Shown here piece by piece: positions 55,571 to 64,000 of a stretch of DNA of 64,000 nt. The notes under the pieces were generated by a model, which made no database searches, was not told the DNA's origin, and worked only from the letters and a program-made list of their open reading frames with translations. The position numbers and the translations under genes are program-made. Source of the stretch: a virus (taxonomy: Duplodnaviria; Caudoviricetes); the IMG/VR virus record IMGVR_UViG_3300035180_001680; one strand, given 5' to 3'. How positions within the stretch are numbered: the first letter of the stretch is position 1; each line of letters opens with the position of its first letter.

Positions 55571-57190
55571 ATGGCAAAAAAGAATCCTTTAATAAAACGG
55601 GCCCATCAACCCGTCGAATATACACCCAATTTGGTTCAAGAACTATTAAGGTGTTCTCATGATCCAATATATTTCATTGAAAAATATGTAAAAATCCAAC
55701 ACCCAGTTAAAGGAACAATTGATTTCGTTCTCTACCCCTATCAAAAGAGATTAATTAAGAGTTTTCAAAACAATAGGTTCAATATCGTATTATCTGCGAG
55801 ACAGACAGGTAAATCTACAACATCTGCTGCATACTTACTTTGGTTTGCTACATTTCACGAAGATAAGACAGTATTGATTGTTTCTAATAAGAATGACAAT
55901 GCTATGGAAATGATCTCTCGTATTCGTTTCGCATATGAAAGTCTTCCACTTTGGTTAAAACCTGGTATTACAGACGATGGATGGAATAAACATAATGTTG
56001 GGTTTGATAACGGAAGTAGAATCGTATCACAAGCAACATCTGAAAGTTCCGGCCGTGGTTTATCTATATCGTTGTTATTTTGTGATGAATTTGCATTTGT
56101 TCAGCCTGGAATTCAAGAAGAATTTTGGGCATCTATATCTCCTACATTGGCAACTGGTGGATCGTGCATTATTGCATCTACTCCAAATGGTGATTCAAAC
56201 TTATTTGCACAACTTTGGCGTGGAGCAGAGTTGGAAATTAATGGTTTTACATCTACGTGGGTTAAATGGGATGAACCTCCTGGCAGAGACGAGGAATTTA
56301 AACAAAAAGAAATTGGTAAAATTGGTGAACTTCGTTGGCGACAAGAATACGAATGTGAGTTCTTATCGTCTGATGCTCTACTCATTAGCTCAATCGTATT
56401 AAACAATATTGTTGTTCCTGCATTACCTGAACCAGACTTTCAGGGAATTCATTGGTTTTCTGAATTACAAGAAAACCAAACATTGTTAATTGGAATTGAC
56501 CCTGCAACAGGTTCAGGTAGTGATATGAGTTCAATAGAAATTTATGACTTTCCAAGTCTAATTCAAGTTGGTGAATTTAGATCAAATACCACTTCTTCTG
56601 TGGATTTATACAAAACACTCAAGAGTGTAATTAAAAATTTAGAGAAACGAAAAATAATGTCTTATTTTTCTGTTGAGAATAATGGGGTGGGGGAAGGTAT
56701 TATTGCTCTCTATCAGAACGACGAGAATCCACCCGAATCAAACTTCATATCAGAGGCAGGAAAGGGTCGATTGGGAATGACAACGACCGGCAAATCGAAG
56801 ATTAAAGCGTGTATGAACTTGAAAGAGTTGGTGACTAAAGGAAAAATAAAAATAAAATCGAAACTATTGTTAACAGAGCTTAAGGGTTTTGTTAGGAAGT
56901 TGGGTTCGTATTCAGCTCAATATGGTTCCACAGATGATTCAATATCAGCAACATTAATTGTGATTCGATTATTGGAAGAAATATCAACATATGAAGACAA
57001 AGCTTTTGAGATGTTGTATAATTTGGGAGATGAAGAATTCATTGATGATAATGGAGAAACTTCAGAATATGACGAAAACGCACAACCTACAGGAGCGTTG
57101 TTTGGAGGAAGTCAATATGGATACAAACAAACTGGGTCATTTTCTGATCCGAACGACCCAAACAGCTTTGATCCCTTTGGTGGAACATGA
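55571..57190 (+). CDS. gp17: Terminase large subunit (gp17-like)
   Basis: LYPYQ, SARQTGKST, LLFCDEFAF, STPNG, QEYECEF, GIDPATG, VENNGVG, DDSI. Confidence 0.96.
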   Translation: MAKKNPLIKRAHQPVEYTPNLVQELLRCSHDPIYFIEKYVKIQHPVKGTIDFVLYPYQKRLIKSFQNNRFNIVLSARQTGKSTTSAAYLLWFATFHEDKTVLIVSNKNDNAMEMISRIRFAYESLPLWLKPGITDDGWNKHNVGFDNGSRIVSQATSESSGRGLSISLLFCDEFAFVQPGIQEEFWASISPTLATGGSCIIASTPNGDSNLFAQLWRGAELEINGFTSTWVKWDEPPGRDEEFKQKEIGKIGELRWRQEYECEFLSSDALLISSIVLNNIVVPALPEPDFQGIHWFSELQENQTLLIGIDPATGSGSDMSSIEIYDFPSLIQVGEFRSNTTSSVDLYKTLKSVIKNLEKRKIMSYFSVENNGVGEGIIALYQNDENPPESNFISEAGKGRLGMTTTGKSKIKACMNLKELVTKGKIKIKSKLLLTELKGFVRKLGSYSAQYGSTDDSISATLIVIRLLEEISTYEDKAFEMLYNLGDEEFIDDNGETSEYDENAQPTGALFGGSQYGYKQTGSFSDPNDPNSFDPFGGT

Positions 57191-57347
57191 CCCTAAAACG
57201 AATAGTAAAAATATAGTAAAAATATAGTATAAAATAGTAACACAACAATTAGAACCAGTTTCTATATGGCCGGGGGACAGTAATATTGTCTACTATAAAA
57301 AATGTTTTGTCAACAGGATAAATAAAATAAAAAGAAAGAGTTTAAAA

Positions 57348-57860
57348 ATGGCATCATTACTAGAGATTACCCTTCAAAAATTGCAACAATCTACACAAAG
57401 TTCATTTCCTGATACTGAAAAACGTCAACATGCGGTAGCTACAATCGGGATATCGAATATCAAATATGTTCCGTATCAAGATTCAAATTTGTTAAAAGTT
57501 AATGCAACAGCAGTCAGTGGTCCAAAGAGATACGAATGTTCTATGTTATTTGAAGATGTATATTACGAGCAAGCACCTTCTAATCAATTAGTGACGTTTG
57601 AGGGAGTTGATGGAGTTGAACATAACATTCACCCGTTAAATACAAAAGTGAATGATGTTAAAGTTAAGTGTTCGTGTATGGATTTTTATTATAGGTTTGC
57701 ACAAGCGAATTATCAAAATGATGGATTAGATGGTGAACCACCTCCACCATATGTAAAGAAAACGGATAGACCTTCTGTCAATCCAACGAATGCCCCTGGA
57801 ATGTGTAAACACTTACATAAACTTGAAGAACAACTAGAGACGGTCGGATTACTTCGCTAA
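57348..57860 (+). CDS. SWIM-like Zn-finger hypothetical protein
   Basis: VKCSCMDF...GMCKHL; GATAAATA upstream at 57317-57324. Confidence 0.65.
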   Translation: MASLLEITLQKLQQSTQSSFPDTEKRQHAVATIGISNIKYVPYQDSNLLKVNATAVSGPKRYECSMLFEDVYYEQAPSNQLVTFEGVDGVEHNIHPLNTKVNDVKVKCSCMDFYYRFAQANYQNDGLDGEPPPPYVKKTDRPSVNPTNAPGMCKHLHKLEEQLETVGLLR

Positions 57861-58421
57861 TCTTTTACTTTCTGTTATATTTTTAAGAGAGCGTGGTTTT
57901 GTTCTAGGCTTTTTAATTGGAACAATTTGCATTTCCTCGAGGATTTCACGAACCTTTTTATCTTTTACATTTTCTGATACTTCTTCGTGTTCATCAGCAA
58001 CATCTCTATTTTGCAAATACTTTGCAAGTGCAAACGGACTTAATGACGATTTGGGTTCTCCATCAAAAGGAGGAACTTGTTTTATTTCTTCTGCTTCTTC
58101 AGATTTCTCTTTGGGTTTTTCTGTCGAAACTTCCACTTTAATATTATCCACAATCGTTGCGTTTCCCTTTAATGGTTTAAATAATTGTCCATTGACGACA
58201 ACTTCTACTGAACAATCATGAACACCTTTTTGTAAAAAAGTAATTGCTGGAATATGCGTTGTAAACGTATATTGAGATGTGTGTTTACAATCAAAACGAA
58301 TATCAAATTCGTCACAATGAATAACAAATTTTGCATCAGCTTCATCTGTTGATGCACCATCAATTCTCATATCGAATTCCACTTCTGTTGGTTTAGAGCG
58401 ATTAACTGTAATTGTATCCAT
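57849..58421 (-). CDS. Hypothetical late protein
   Basis: Start moved to ATG 58421 (GATAAATA at 58448-58441 and AAAAGG upstream). Confidence 0.6.
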   Translation of the reverse strand: MDTITVNRSKPTEVEFDMRIDGASTDEADAKFVIHCDEFDIRFDCKHTSQYTFTTHIPAITFLQKGVHDCSVEVVVNGQLFKPLKGNATIVDNIKVEVSTEKPKEKSEEAEEIKQVPPFDGEPKSSLSPFALAKYLQNRDVADEHEEVSENVKDKKVREILEEMQIVPIKKPRTKPRSLKNITESKRLAK

Positions 58422-58443
58422 TATAATAAGCCTTTTTATGTAT

Positions 58444-58911
58444 TTATCTCTTTCGTAACTTCTCGGCGAACACACGAATTCTGTTTTCGGTTTTAGTTTT
58501 CAGGTTGGATGTAGTAACACTTACTATTCCAAATGAACTTGCTACGAATCTTGTAATATTTATTAGCACCTTTGATTTATATTTTGGAACAAAATATTCT
58601 TTTAATAATGGTTCATCTCTATCTTTTACCTTGAGCGTTATTGATATTTTTTCAATTTCTCTTGGGGCTGCAACTGGAGTAAGATAAGGTAATGGTGTTA
58701 ATTTGTTTGATGATGTTCCATCAGGATTAACAGGTGAATAAAAATTCTGAATTTGTCCAGGAGCTAATGGTAGAGAACCACCATCATATTGTGCTGGGGT
58801 TACAGTTACTGTATATTGACAACATTTAGCTAAATTGAATTGGGCAATAATCAATCCACAACAAGCCGGTCCACCTAAACCTTTTGTTAAAATACCACCC
58901 ATGTAATCCAT
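58444..58911 (-). CDS. Hypothetical protein (probable virion protein)
   Basis: 155 aa; AAGGA SD; operon with 58923..59657. Confidence 0.6.
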   Translation of the reverse strand: MDYMGGILTKGLGGPACCGLIIAQFNLAKCCQYTVTVTPAQYDGGSLPLAPGQIQNFYSPVNPDGTSSNKLTPLPYLTPVAAPREIEKISITLKVKDRDEPLLKEYFVPKYKSKVLINITRFVASSFGIVSVTTSNLKTKTENRIRVFAEKLRKR

Positions 58912-58922
58912 TTAATAATCCT

Positions 58923-59657
58923 TTATATTGGGCGTCGTTCACAAACTTCTGTAACACTGGAAGCACCAGTGCTATCTTTTAAACTAAAAACTTTCAAGGG
59001 TGTTACTCCATCATCGTCATACACTGTGAGTGTCATTGCTATTTTATCAATTTTAGTTCTATTCGTTTCATATTTCAATAAGGTAGCAAGTAAACTCAAT
59101 GCTGTTGTAACATCTATTCGTAATTGTTGTGCGTCGGCGTGGGTTTCATTTTGAAAAACACCCACACTCCCTGGTATTAAGTGTGTAGAAGCCGGTTCAT
59201 CCCATACAGCTGATGCAATTTGTGATAGTGTGGGGTATGCACCAATGTTAACAACTTGAGCTAATCCCATAGTTCCACTAGATGTGTGAGAAGCAGTTGG
59301 TTCATTCCAAACTCCATCAACAATAGCAGTAATATCAGCTGTAGTTATTGTTGTAGTGTTACTTGTGTTTTCAGTTAAATCAATCGAAGAGGTTTGATAT
59401 CTACCATCGGTTATAGATAAGGAGGAACCACCATCTGTTCTTGTTACATATGTTTTTAATGGATCAAAACCCAGAGTTGTAGTAAATACAAAGTTATAAA
59501 AACCATCACCCACTTCACTCATTATTGGATCTGGTCCAGATGATGGAACTATTAAAGTGTTTGATGTATCTTCAACGTTCCAAATGCGAATTGTGGGGGT
59601 TAATCCTGTTGCTGGGTTCCCACTTTGTGTAAAGAATGAAGTTATGATTACGTTCAT
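58923..59657 (-). CDS. Hypothetical virion structural protein
   Basis: 244 aa; Thr/Ser-rich; repeated A-V-W-N/D-E-P motif. Confidence 0.65.
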   Translation of the reverse strand: MNVIITSFFTQSGNPATGLTPTIRIWNVEDTSNTLIVPSSGPDPIMSEVGDGFYNFVFTTTLGFDPLKTYVTRTDGGSSLSITDGRYQTSSIDLTENTSNTTTITTADITAIVDGVWNEPTASHTSSGTMGLAQVVNIGAYPTLSQIASAVWDEPASTHLIPGSVGVFQNETHADAQQLRIDVTTALSLLATLLKYETNRTKIDKIAMTLTVYDDDGVTPLKVFSLKDSTGASSVTEVCERRPI

Positions 59658-59778
59658 TGTTGTAATTACCTTTGTTATTATGTGTTTATTTATTGTTTTG
59701 TTTGATTCAAAGATTTTAATTTCATAAATACCTCTAAATATTTATAAATCTAACTTTGAGTTGACTGGAAAGGATGTC

Positions 59779-60123
59779 ATGGCCCTTGTTTTAACCAATC
59801 CGAGTATAACCAGCAGTACTGTACAAACAATTGCTAATAACATTACAATTCCTGTTACCCAAAATTTGTTTGTTGACACTGCAAAAGGTGTATCAATTAA
59901 ATGGATTATAACGATAAGTAATGCAGATTCTTCTATTGTCTCAGCTACAGAAATAATGGCAATTAAAAAAGGAACTGAAGCAATTTACTCAATTTATGGT
60001 CAAGTTGGTGATAACATTCAATTTGGTTTAGACATAAGCATTATAAATGATGAAATTGTATTGAACGTAATTAACCTTGATACTTTTGATTTTTTTGTCA
60101 CGATTGTTCACATAGGGTTATAA
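59779..60123 (+). CDS. Small beta-rich virion protein, paralogous to the C-terminus of 60193..61293
   Basis: Start moved to ATG 59779 (AAGGA SD); VDT...SIKWII...EIMAI..GT...YG pattern. Confidence 0.65.
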   Translation: MALVLTNPSITSSTVQTIANNITIPVTQNLFVDTAKGVSIKWIITISNADSSIVSATEIMAIKKGTEAIYSIYGQVGDNIQFGLDISIINDEIVLNVINLDTFDFFVTIVHIGL

Positions 60124-60192
60124 ATTATAAAATTATAATAAATAATATTATGAATAGAATTTCAACTTTTAACTACATTAAAGGAACATATC

Positions 60193-61293
60193 ATGGCATT
60201 ATCAATGTTTAAAATTACAAAAGGTCTCCAATTAGACGATATTCAAATCTTAGAAGGAGCGGGAGCTCCAGGAGCTTCAGGTGATCCAAGTCTTGCACCT
60301 GTAGGTTCGTTTTATTTAGATAATACAAACGGGGATTCATATACAAAGATTTTATCTGGTGTTGGTACAAATAAATGGTCCAAATTAGCAAAATCGTCAG
60401 ATATTACTAGTTTAGGTAATGCTTTTGTTTATTATGGGACAGTTGTTGGTGGAGTAGATAATACACACGCTTTAGATGTAACAACTCTTTCAAATACACA
60501 CGCCGGTGACTATTATAAAGTCTCAACTGCTGGATGGTTTCGAGTAGGAACAGGAACACCATTCTATGCAAACGTCAATGATGGTTTAGTATTTAACACA
60601 GCAAGCGGTGTTGATATTATAGACAACACAAATTCAACAGTTACCGGTACTGCAAATGAAATTTCTGTTTCAGGTTCTACAGATACAGGTTATACAATTG
60701 GGATTGACTCTGCTTTTGTAACTCGTGTTTCTGATCTTGAAACTTCTACTGGAAATTTGCAAACAGAAGTTAATAATATTGAAGCATCAGCGGGTCCATT
60801 AGTTAAGTCTGATGGTACATTTAATGTAGCAGGGGCAACATTTCACAACGTCACAAGCCCAACTAGCATAACAAACGTATTAACTCAGTTGGATAGTGCT
60901 ATTGGTTCTGGTGTTACAACTGATTCTATTATTACTTCTACAAATTCGGTTGATGCAAATATTCAAGCAATTTCTACTTATGTTGAATCATTAACACAAA
61001 CAACTTCTGGTACAGGTGGAACATCTGCTGTAACTGACACCGTCGCCGCTGTTATGGTAAAGTGGTTAGTTTATGTACAAGATAATACAACAGCTGCTGA
61101 TGTGTCTGCTTTTGAAGTGTTTGCAGCAACAAATGGAACAGACGTTGATTTTAACCAATACGGCATTTTAAGTCTTGGTGCTGCAATTGATGGACTTACA
61201 GTTGATGTTTCGTTATCAACTGCAGATTTAGTTCTTTCTGTTAGTACAACAAACGCAACAACGATTAAAATTAAACGTTTAACAGCAATTTAA
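60193..61293 (+). CDS. Fibre/virion structural protein
   Basis: 366 aa, G/T/S-rich; AAGGA SD. Confidence 0.7.
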   Translation: MALSMFKITKGLQLDDIQILEGAGAPGASGDPSLAPVGSFYLDNTNGDSYTKILSGVGTNKWSKLAKSSDITSLGNAFVYYGTVVGGVDNTHALDVTTLSNTHAGDYYKVSTAGWFRVGTGTPFYANVNDGLVFNTASGVDIIDNTNSTVTGTANEISVSGSTDTGYTIGIDSAFVTRVSDLETSTGNLQTEVNNIEASAGPLVKSDGTFNVAGATFHNVTSPTSITNVLTQLDSAIGSGVTTDSIITSTNSVDANIQAISTYVESLTQTTSGTGGTSAVTDTVAAVMVKWLVYVQDNTTAADVSAFEVFAATNGTDVDFNQYGILSLGAAIDGLTVDVSLSTADLVLSVSTTNATTIKIKRLTAI

Positions 61294-61315
61294 TATATAA
61301 AAGGGGAAGTTAGTC

Positions 61316-61939
61316 TTGGCTCATATAGACAAAGCATTTAGAATTAGTACATTATCACTTTCTGATGCTACTTTAATTACACAAGGCACGATTGATCCTT
61401 CTGGGGTAGGGTTTGAAGCCCCAGAAGGTTCTCTTTTTCTTCGTTCTTCAGGAACGAACAGTGGGGTATATGTAAAAACTGGCCCGTTGGATACTAATTG
61501 GATGTTATTAACAACAACATCTGTTATTTTATCAAGACATAATGGAAACGTTTCACAAACATTTTCAACAACACTAACAACATTGTTGTTTGGGACAAAT
61601 GTTCGTACTGACAGCAATTATACATATAATTCTGGTGTTGTAACTATTAACAATACAGGAAATTATTTAATCAATTTTGATGTCTCATTTGCATCAACAA
61701 CCAACAACGTAACAGCAAGTCAAACAGGGATTTACAAAAATAATGTTATTGTTCCTGGTTCTTTATCATACAGTAATCATTCAGCTTCATCTAATGGAGT
61801 TTTTACTGTTTCTTCTTCTATTATGGTTCCTGCTTCTTCTGGAGACACGATAAAGGTTGCGAGTTCTCGGTTTAGCGGGAGTGGCTCTCTTGTAACACAA
61901 GCAAATGGGTGTAGGCTAAATATTGTGATGGAAAGGTAA
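61316..61939 (+). CDS. Fibre-like protein with C1q/TNF-like C-terminal domain (tentative)
   Basis: TTG start with AAGGGGA SD; YNSGVVTINNTGNYLINFDVSF pattern. Confidence 0.55.
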   Translation: MAHIDKAFRISTLSLSDATLITQGTIDPSGVGFEAPEGSLFLRSSGTNSGVYVKTGPLDTNWMLLTTTSVILSRHNGNVSQTFSTTLTTLLFGTNVRTDSNYTYNSGVVTINNTGNYLINFDVSFASTTNNVTASQTGIYKNNVIVPGSLSYSNHSASSNGVFTVSSSIMVPASSGDTIKVASSRFSGSGSLVTQANGCRLNIVMER

Positions 61940-61944
61940 ATTAA

Positions 61945-62496
61945 ATGTCAACAATATATAGTCCAACATATTATACAACGTGCGTTGGGGCATTGCTTGA
62001 TGCAATCAACAATACACCAACAATTGGTATATTACTCGAACAGATTGTGGATGATGGTTCTCCACAACTTCAATTTTATTTTGAAACCACACTAGATACA
62101 GAACAACAAACAGCATTCGAAGATTTACTATCTACGTTTGTTTGCCCTGTTGTTACAGACATATCGTCAAACGAGACAGTTGTAGACGATTCATCTACTG
62201 GAACCAATATTCTGTGGTCATCTACACAGATTAATAATGCAATTTCAACTGGATCAGTTGCAGAAGCTGTAAAGCTTGCAACTCCTGTCAATATTTCACT
62301 TACTAATGATGTAATAGGTAACACATCATTTGATGGTTCTACTAATGTTAGTATAAATACAACGTTAAAGGACAATGGAGTAACTCCAGGAATATATGGA
62401 ACTGTAAGTTCTGTTGGACAGTTTACCGTAGACAGTACTGGAAGAGTAACATCAGCACAAGATTTAGAAATATCATTAGATGCAGGAACATTTTAA
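61945..62496 (+). CDS. Fibre-associated hypothetical protein
   Basis: 183 aa; GVTPGIYG...FTVDSTGRVTSA and C-terminal LDAGTF fibre-type motifs. Confidence 0.6.
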   Translation: MSTIYSPTYYTTCVGALLDAINNTPTIGILLEQIVDDGSPQLQFYFETTLDTEQQTAFEDLLSTFVCPVVTDISSNETVVDDSSTGTNILWSSTQINNAISTGSVAEAVKLATPVNISLTNDVIGNTSFDGSTNVSINTTLKDNGVTPGIYGTVSSVGQFTVDSTGRVTSAQDLEISLDAGTF

Positions 62497-62517
62497 ATAT
62501 AACAACAGGAAAAATAT

Positions 62518-64000
62518 ATGTCAAATCAAATTCTCTTAAAAAGAACAGCAACACAAGGTAAAGTTCCAACAACATCCGATATCGCGATTGGTGAAGTTGG
62601 ATTAAATACGTATGACGGTAAAATGTATATGCACATCAACAACGGTGTTGATAGTATTATTCAGGTTGGAGCATATACTTACTCTGGTGACGTATCCGGT
62701 TCAGTAAGTGGTGACGCTGTTACTCTTACGTTAGCAACAGTTAATTCAAATACAGGTTCTTTTGGAGATAGTACTCATGTTGGAGCATTTACAGTAAATG
62801 GAAAAGGTTTAGTTACAACAGCCTCTTCAGTTGCAATTGCATTCCCAGTCACTTCAGTATTTGGGAGAACAGGTGCCATAACATTATTATCGTCTGATAT
62901 TAGTACAGCTCTTGGGTACACTCCTCTTTCTGGAAACGAAACAATTACATTATCTGGAGACGTCTCTGGTTCGGGTACAACAGCAATTACAACAACACTT
63001 GCAACTATTGTTGACAGTGGTTCGGGAACATTCTTAAAATTTACAAGAAGTTCCAAAGGTTTAGTTACTGGAACCACAGCAGTTGGTTCTAGTGATATTA
63101 CAACAGCGTTAGGATATACACCAGTCAACAAGGCTGGAGACACAATGACTGGTTTATTGGTTCTTTCTGGAGATCCAACAGTTGCTCTTGGTGCTGCAAC
63201 AAAACAATATGTTGATAATGCTATTGCTGGTTTGTCTTGGAAAGAAGCCGTTACGTGTGCAACTACAGCAAATATTACCCTTTCGGGTCTCCAATCTATT
63301 GATGGCCACACAACAGTTGCTGGTGAACGTGTTCTTGTTAAAAATCAAACAAATGCAACTCAAAATGGTATTTATGTTGCTGGGACAGGTACTTGGACAC
63401 GTTCAATAGATGCAGATGCAAATGCTGAATTCCAAGGGTTGACAGTATACGTTGACCAAGGAACAACTCAAGCAAATACGGGTTGGACACAAACAACGTC
63501 AGGTGCAATTGTAGTTGGAACTACAAATATCGTGTTTTCACAATTTACAGGTGCTGGAACATATACTGCCGGAACAGGTTTAACATTAACTGGAAATGCT
63601 TTTAGTATTACAAACACTGCAGTAACAGCCGGTTCCGGTTACAATACTTTCAGTGTTAATGCCCAGGGTCAGGTCACACTAGCTTCTACGACAGCATATT
63701 TAACTGGAAATCAAACGATTACGTGTTCAGGGGATGTCACAGGTTCAGGTACAACTGCTATTACGTTAACTCTTGCAAACTCTGGAGTTACAGCAGGCAC
63801 GTATAATAATAGTGCAACAGCAGTTACACCATTTACGGTTGATGCAAAAGGACGTGTAACAGCAACTGGTGCTGCAGTCACAATTACTCCATCCTTTAGT
63901 TCAATTACAATGAAACCAACAACGGTTGCGGGATATGGTATTACAGACATAAACTCTGTATATGCTCCTACATTAACTGGTACAGGAGCTTCTGGAACTT
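62518..64000 (+). CDS. Tail-fibre-like structural protein, 3' end outside window
   Basis: Manual translation MSNQILLKRTATQGKVPTTSDIAIGEVGLNTYDGKMY...WKEAVTCATTANITLSGLQSIDG...RVLVKNQTNATQNGIYV; absent from the ORF track, which appears to omit edge-truncated ORFs. Confidence 0.75.
   Translation, partial: MSNQILLKRTATQGKVPTTSDIAIGEVGLNTYDGKMYMHINNGVDSIIQVGAYTYSGDVSGSVSGDAVTLTLATVNSNTGSFGDSTHVGAFTVNGKGLVTTASSVAIAFPVTSVFGRTGAITLLSSDISTALGYTPLSGNETITLSGDVSGSGTTAITTTLATIVDSGSGTFLKFTRSSKGLVTGTTAVGSSDITTALGYTPVNKAGDTMTGLLVLSGDPTVALGAATKQYVDNAIAGLSWKEAVTCATTANITLSGLQSIDGHTTVAGERVLVKNQTNATQNGIYVAGTGTWTRSIDADANAEFQGLTVYVDQGTTQANTGWTQTTSGAIVVGTTNIVFSQFTGAGTYTAGTGLTLTGNAFSITNTAVTAGSGYNTFSVNAQGQVTLASTTAYLTGNQTITCSGDVTGSGTTAITLTLANSGVTAGTYNNSATAVTPFTVDAKGRVTATGAAVTITPSFSSITMKPTTVAGYGITDINSVYAPTLTGTGASGT

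Noticed and set aside
17066-57190. Stop-codon recoding as seen in some large phages
   Set aside because: Core genes are full length in the standard code, and TAA, TGA and TAG all occur as terminal stops.
14853-63950. Short ORFs nested in or antisense to core genes (for example 17292..17642, 34097..34522, 38907..39314, 62775..63311)
   Set aside because: They overlap well-supported genes and lack recognisable motifs or SD context.

Overview
AT-rich window from a large T4-related myovirus, probably a jumbo phage, read in the standard bacterial code; I found no tRNA, rRNA or CRISPR array. (1) 1-14521: a minus-strand array of at least 21 head-to-tail paralogous genes (20 complete units plus one running off the left edge). 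Each has a near-invariant 57-aa leader (MKLRDLFEAMDLYKYHSNP...), 4-11 copies of a 26-aa repeat (AKDPxWAxxYAxxVIKGRWPEAEPVI) and a 19-aa cap. All are joined by 4-nt ATGA overlaps and lie downstream of a 526-aa GTKWC-motif gene and a T4-type late promoter. Repeat variability is concentrated at positions that would form one helix face, and modules are shuffled between copies, which suggests a diversified library of repeat-protein binders, possibly capsid-packaged (inference). This is the main candidate for an undescribed system. (2) 16.5-33.4 kb: replication/recombination and baseplate genes (DUF488-like protein, family B DNA polymerase with a 377-aa intein, DsbA-like protein, hub-lysozyme fusion, gp53, gp55, gp47/gp46, RuvC-like resolvase, DinG-like helicase, and a gp26-like chaperone ending in a textbook -1 frameshift signal). 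(3) 33.5-64 kb: T4-like morphogenesis module (tape measure, portal, prohead core/protease/scaffold, major capsid, enlarged neck proteins, gp15, sheath, tube, gp4, terminase, fibre-like genes). All product calls come from motif recognition by eye; no database searches were run.
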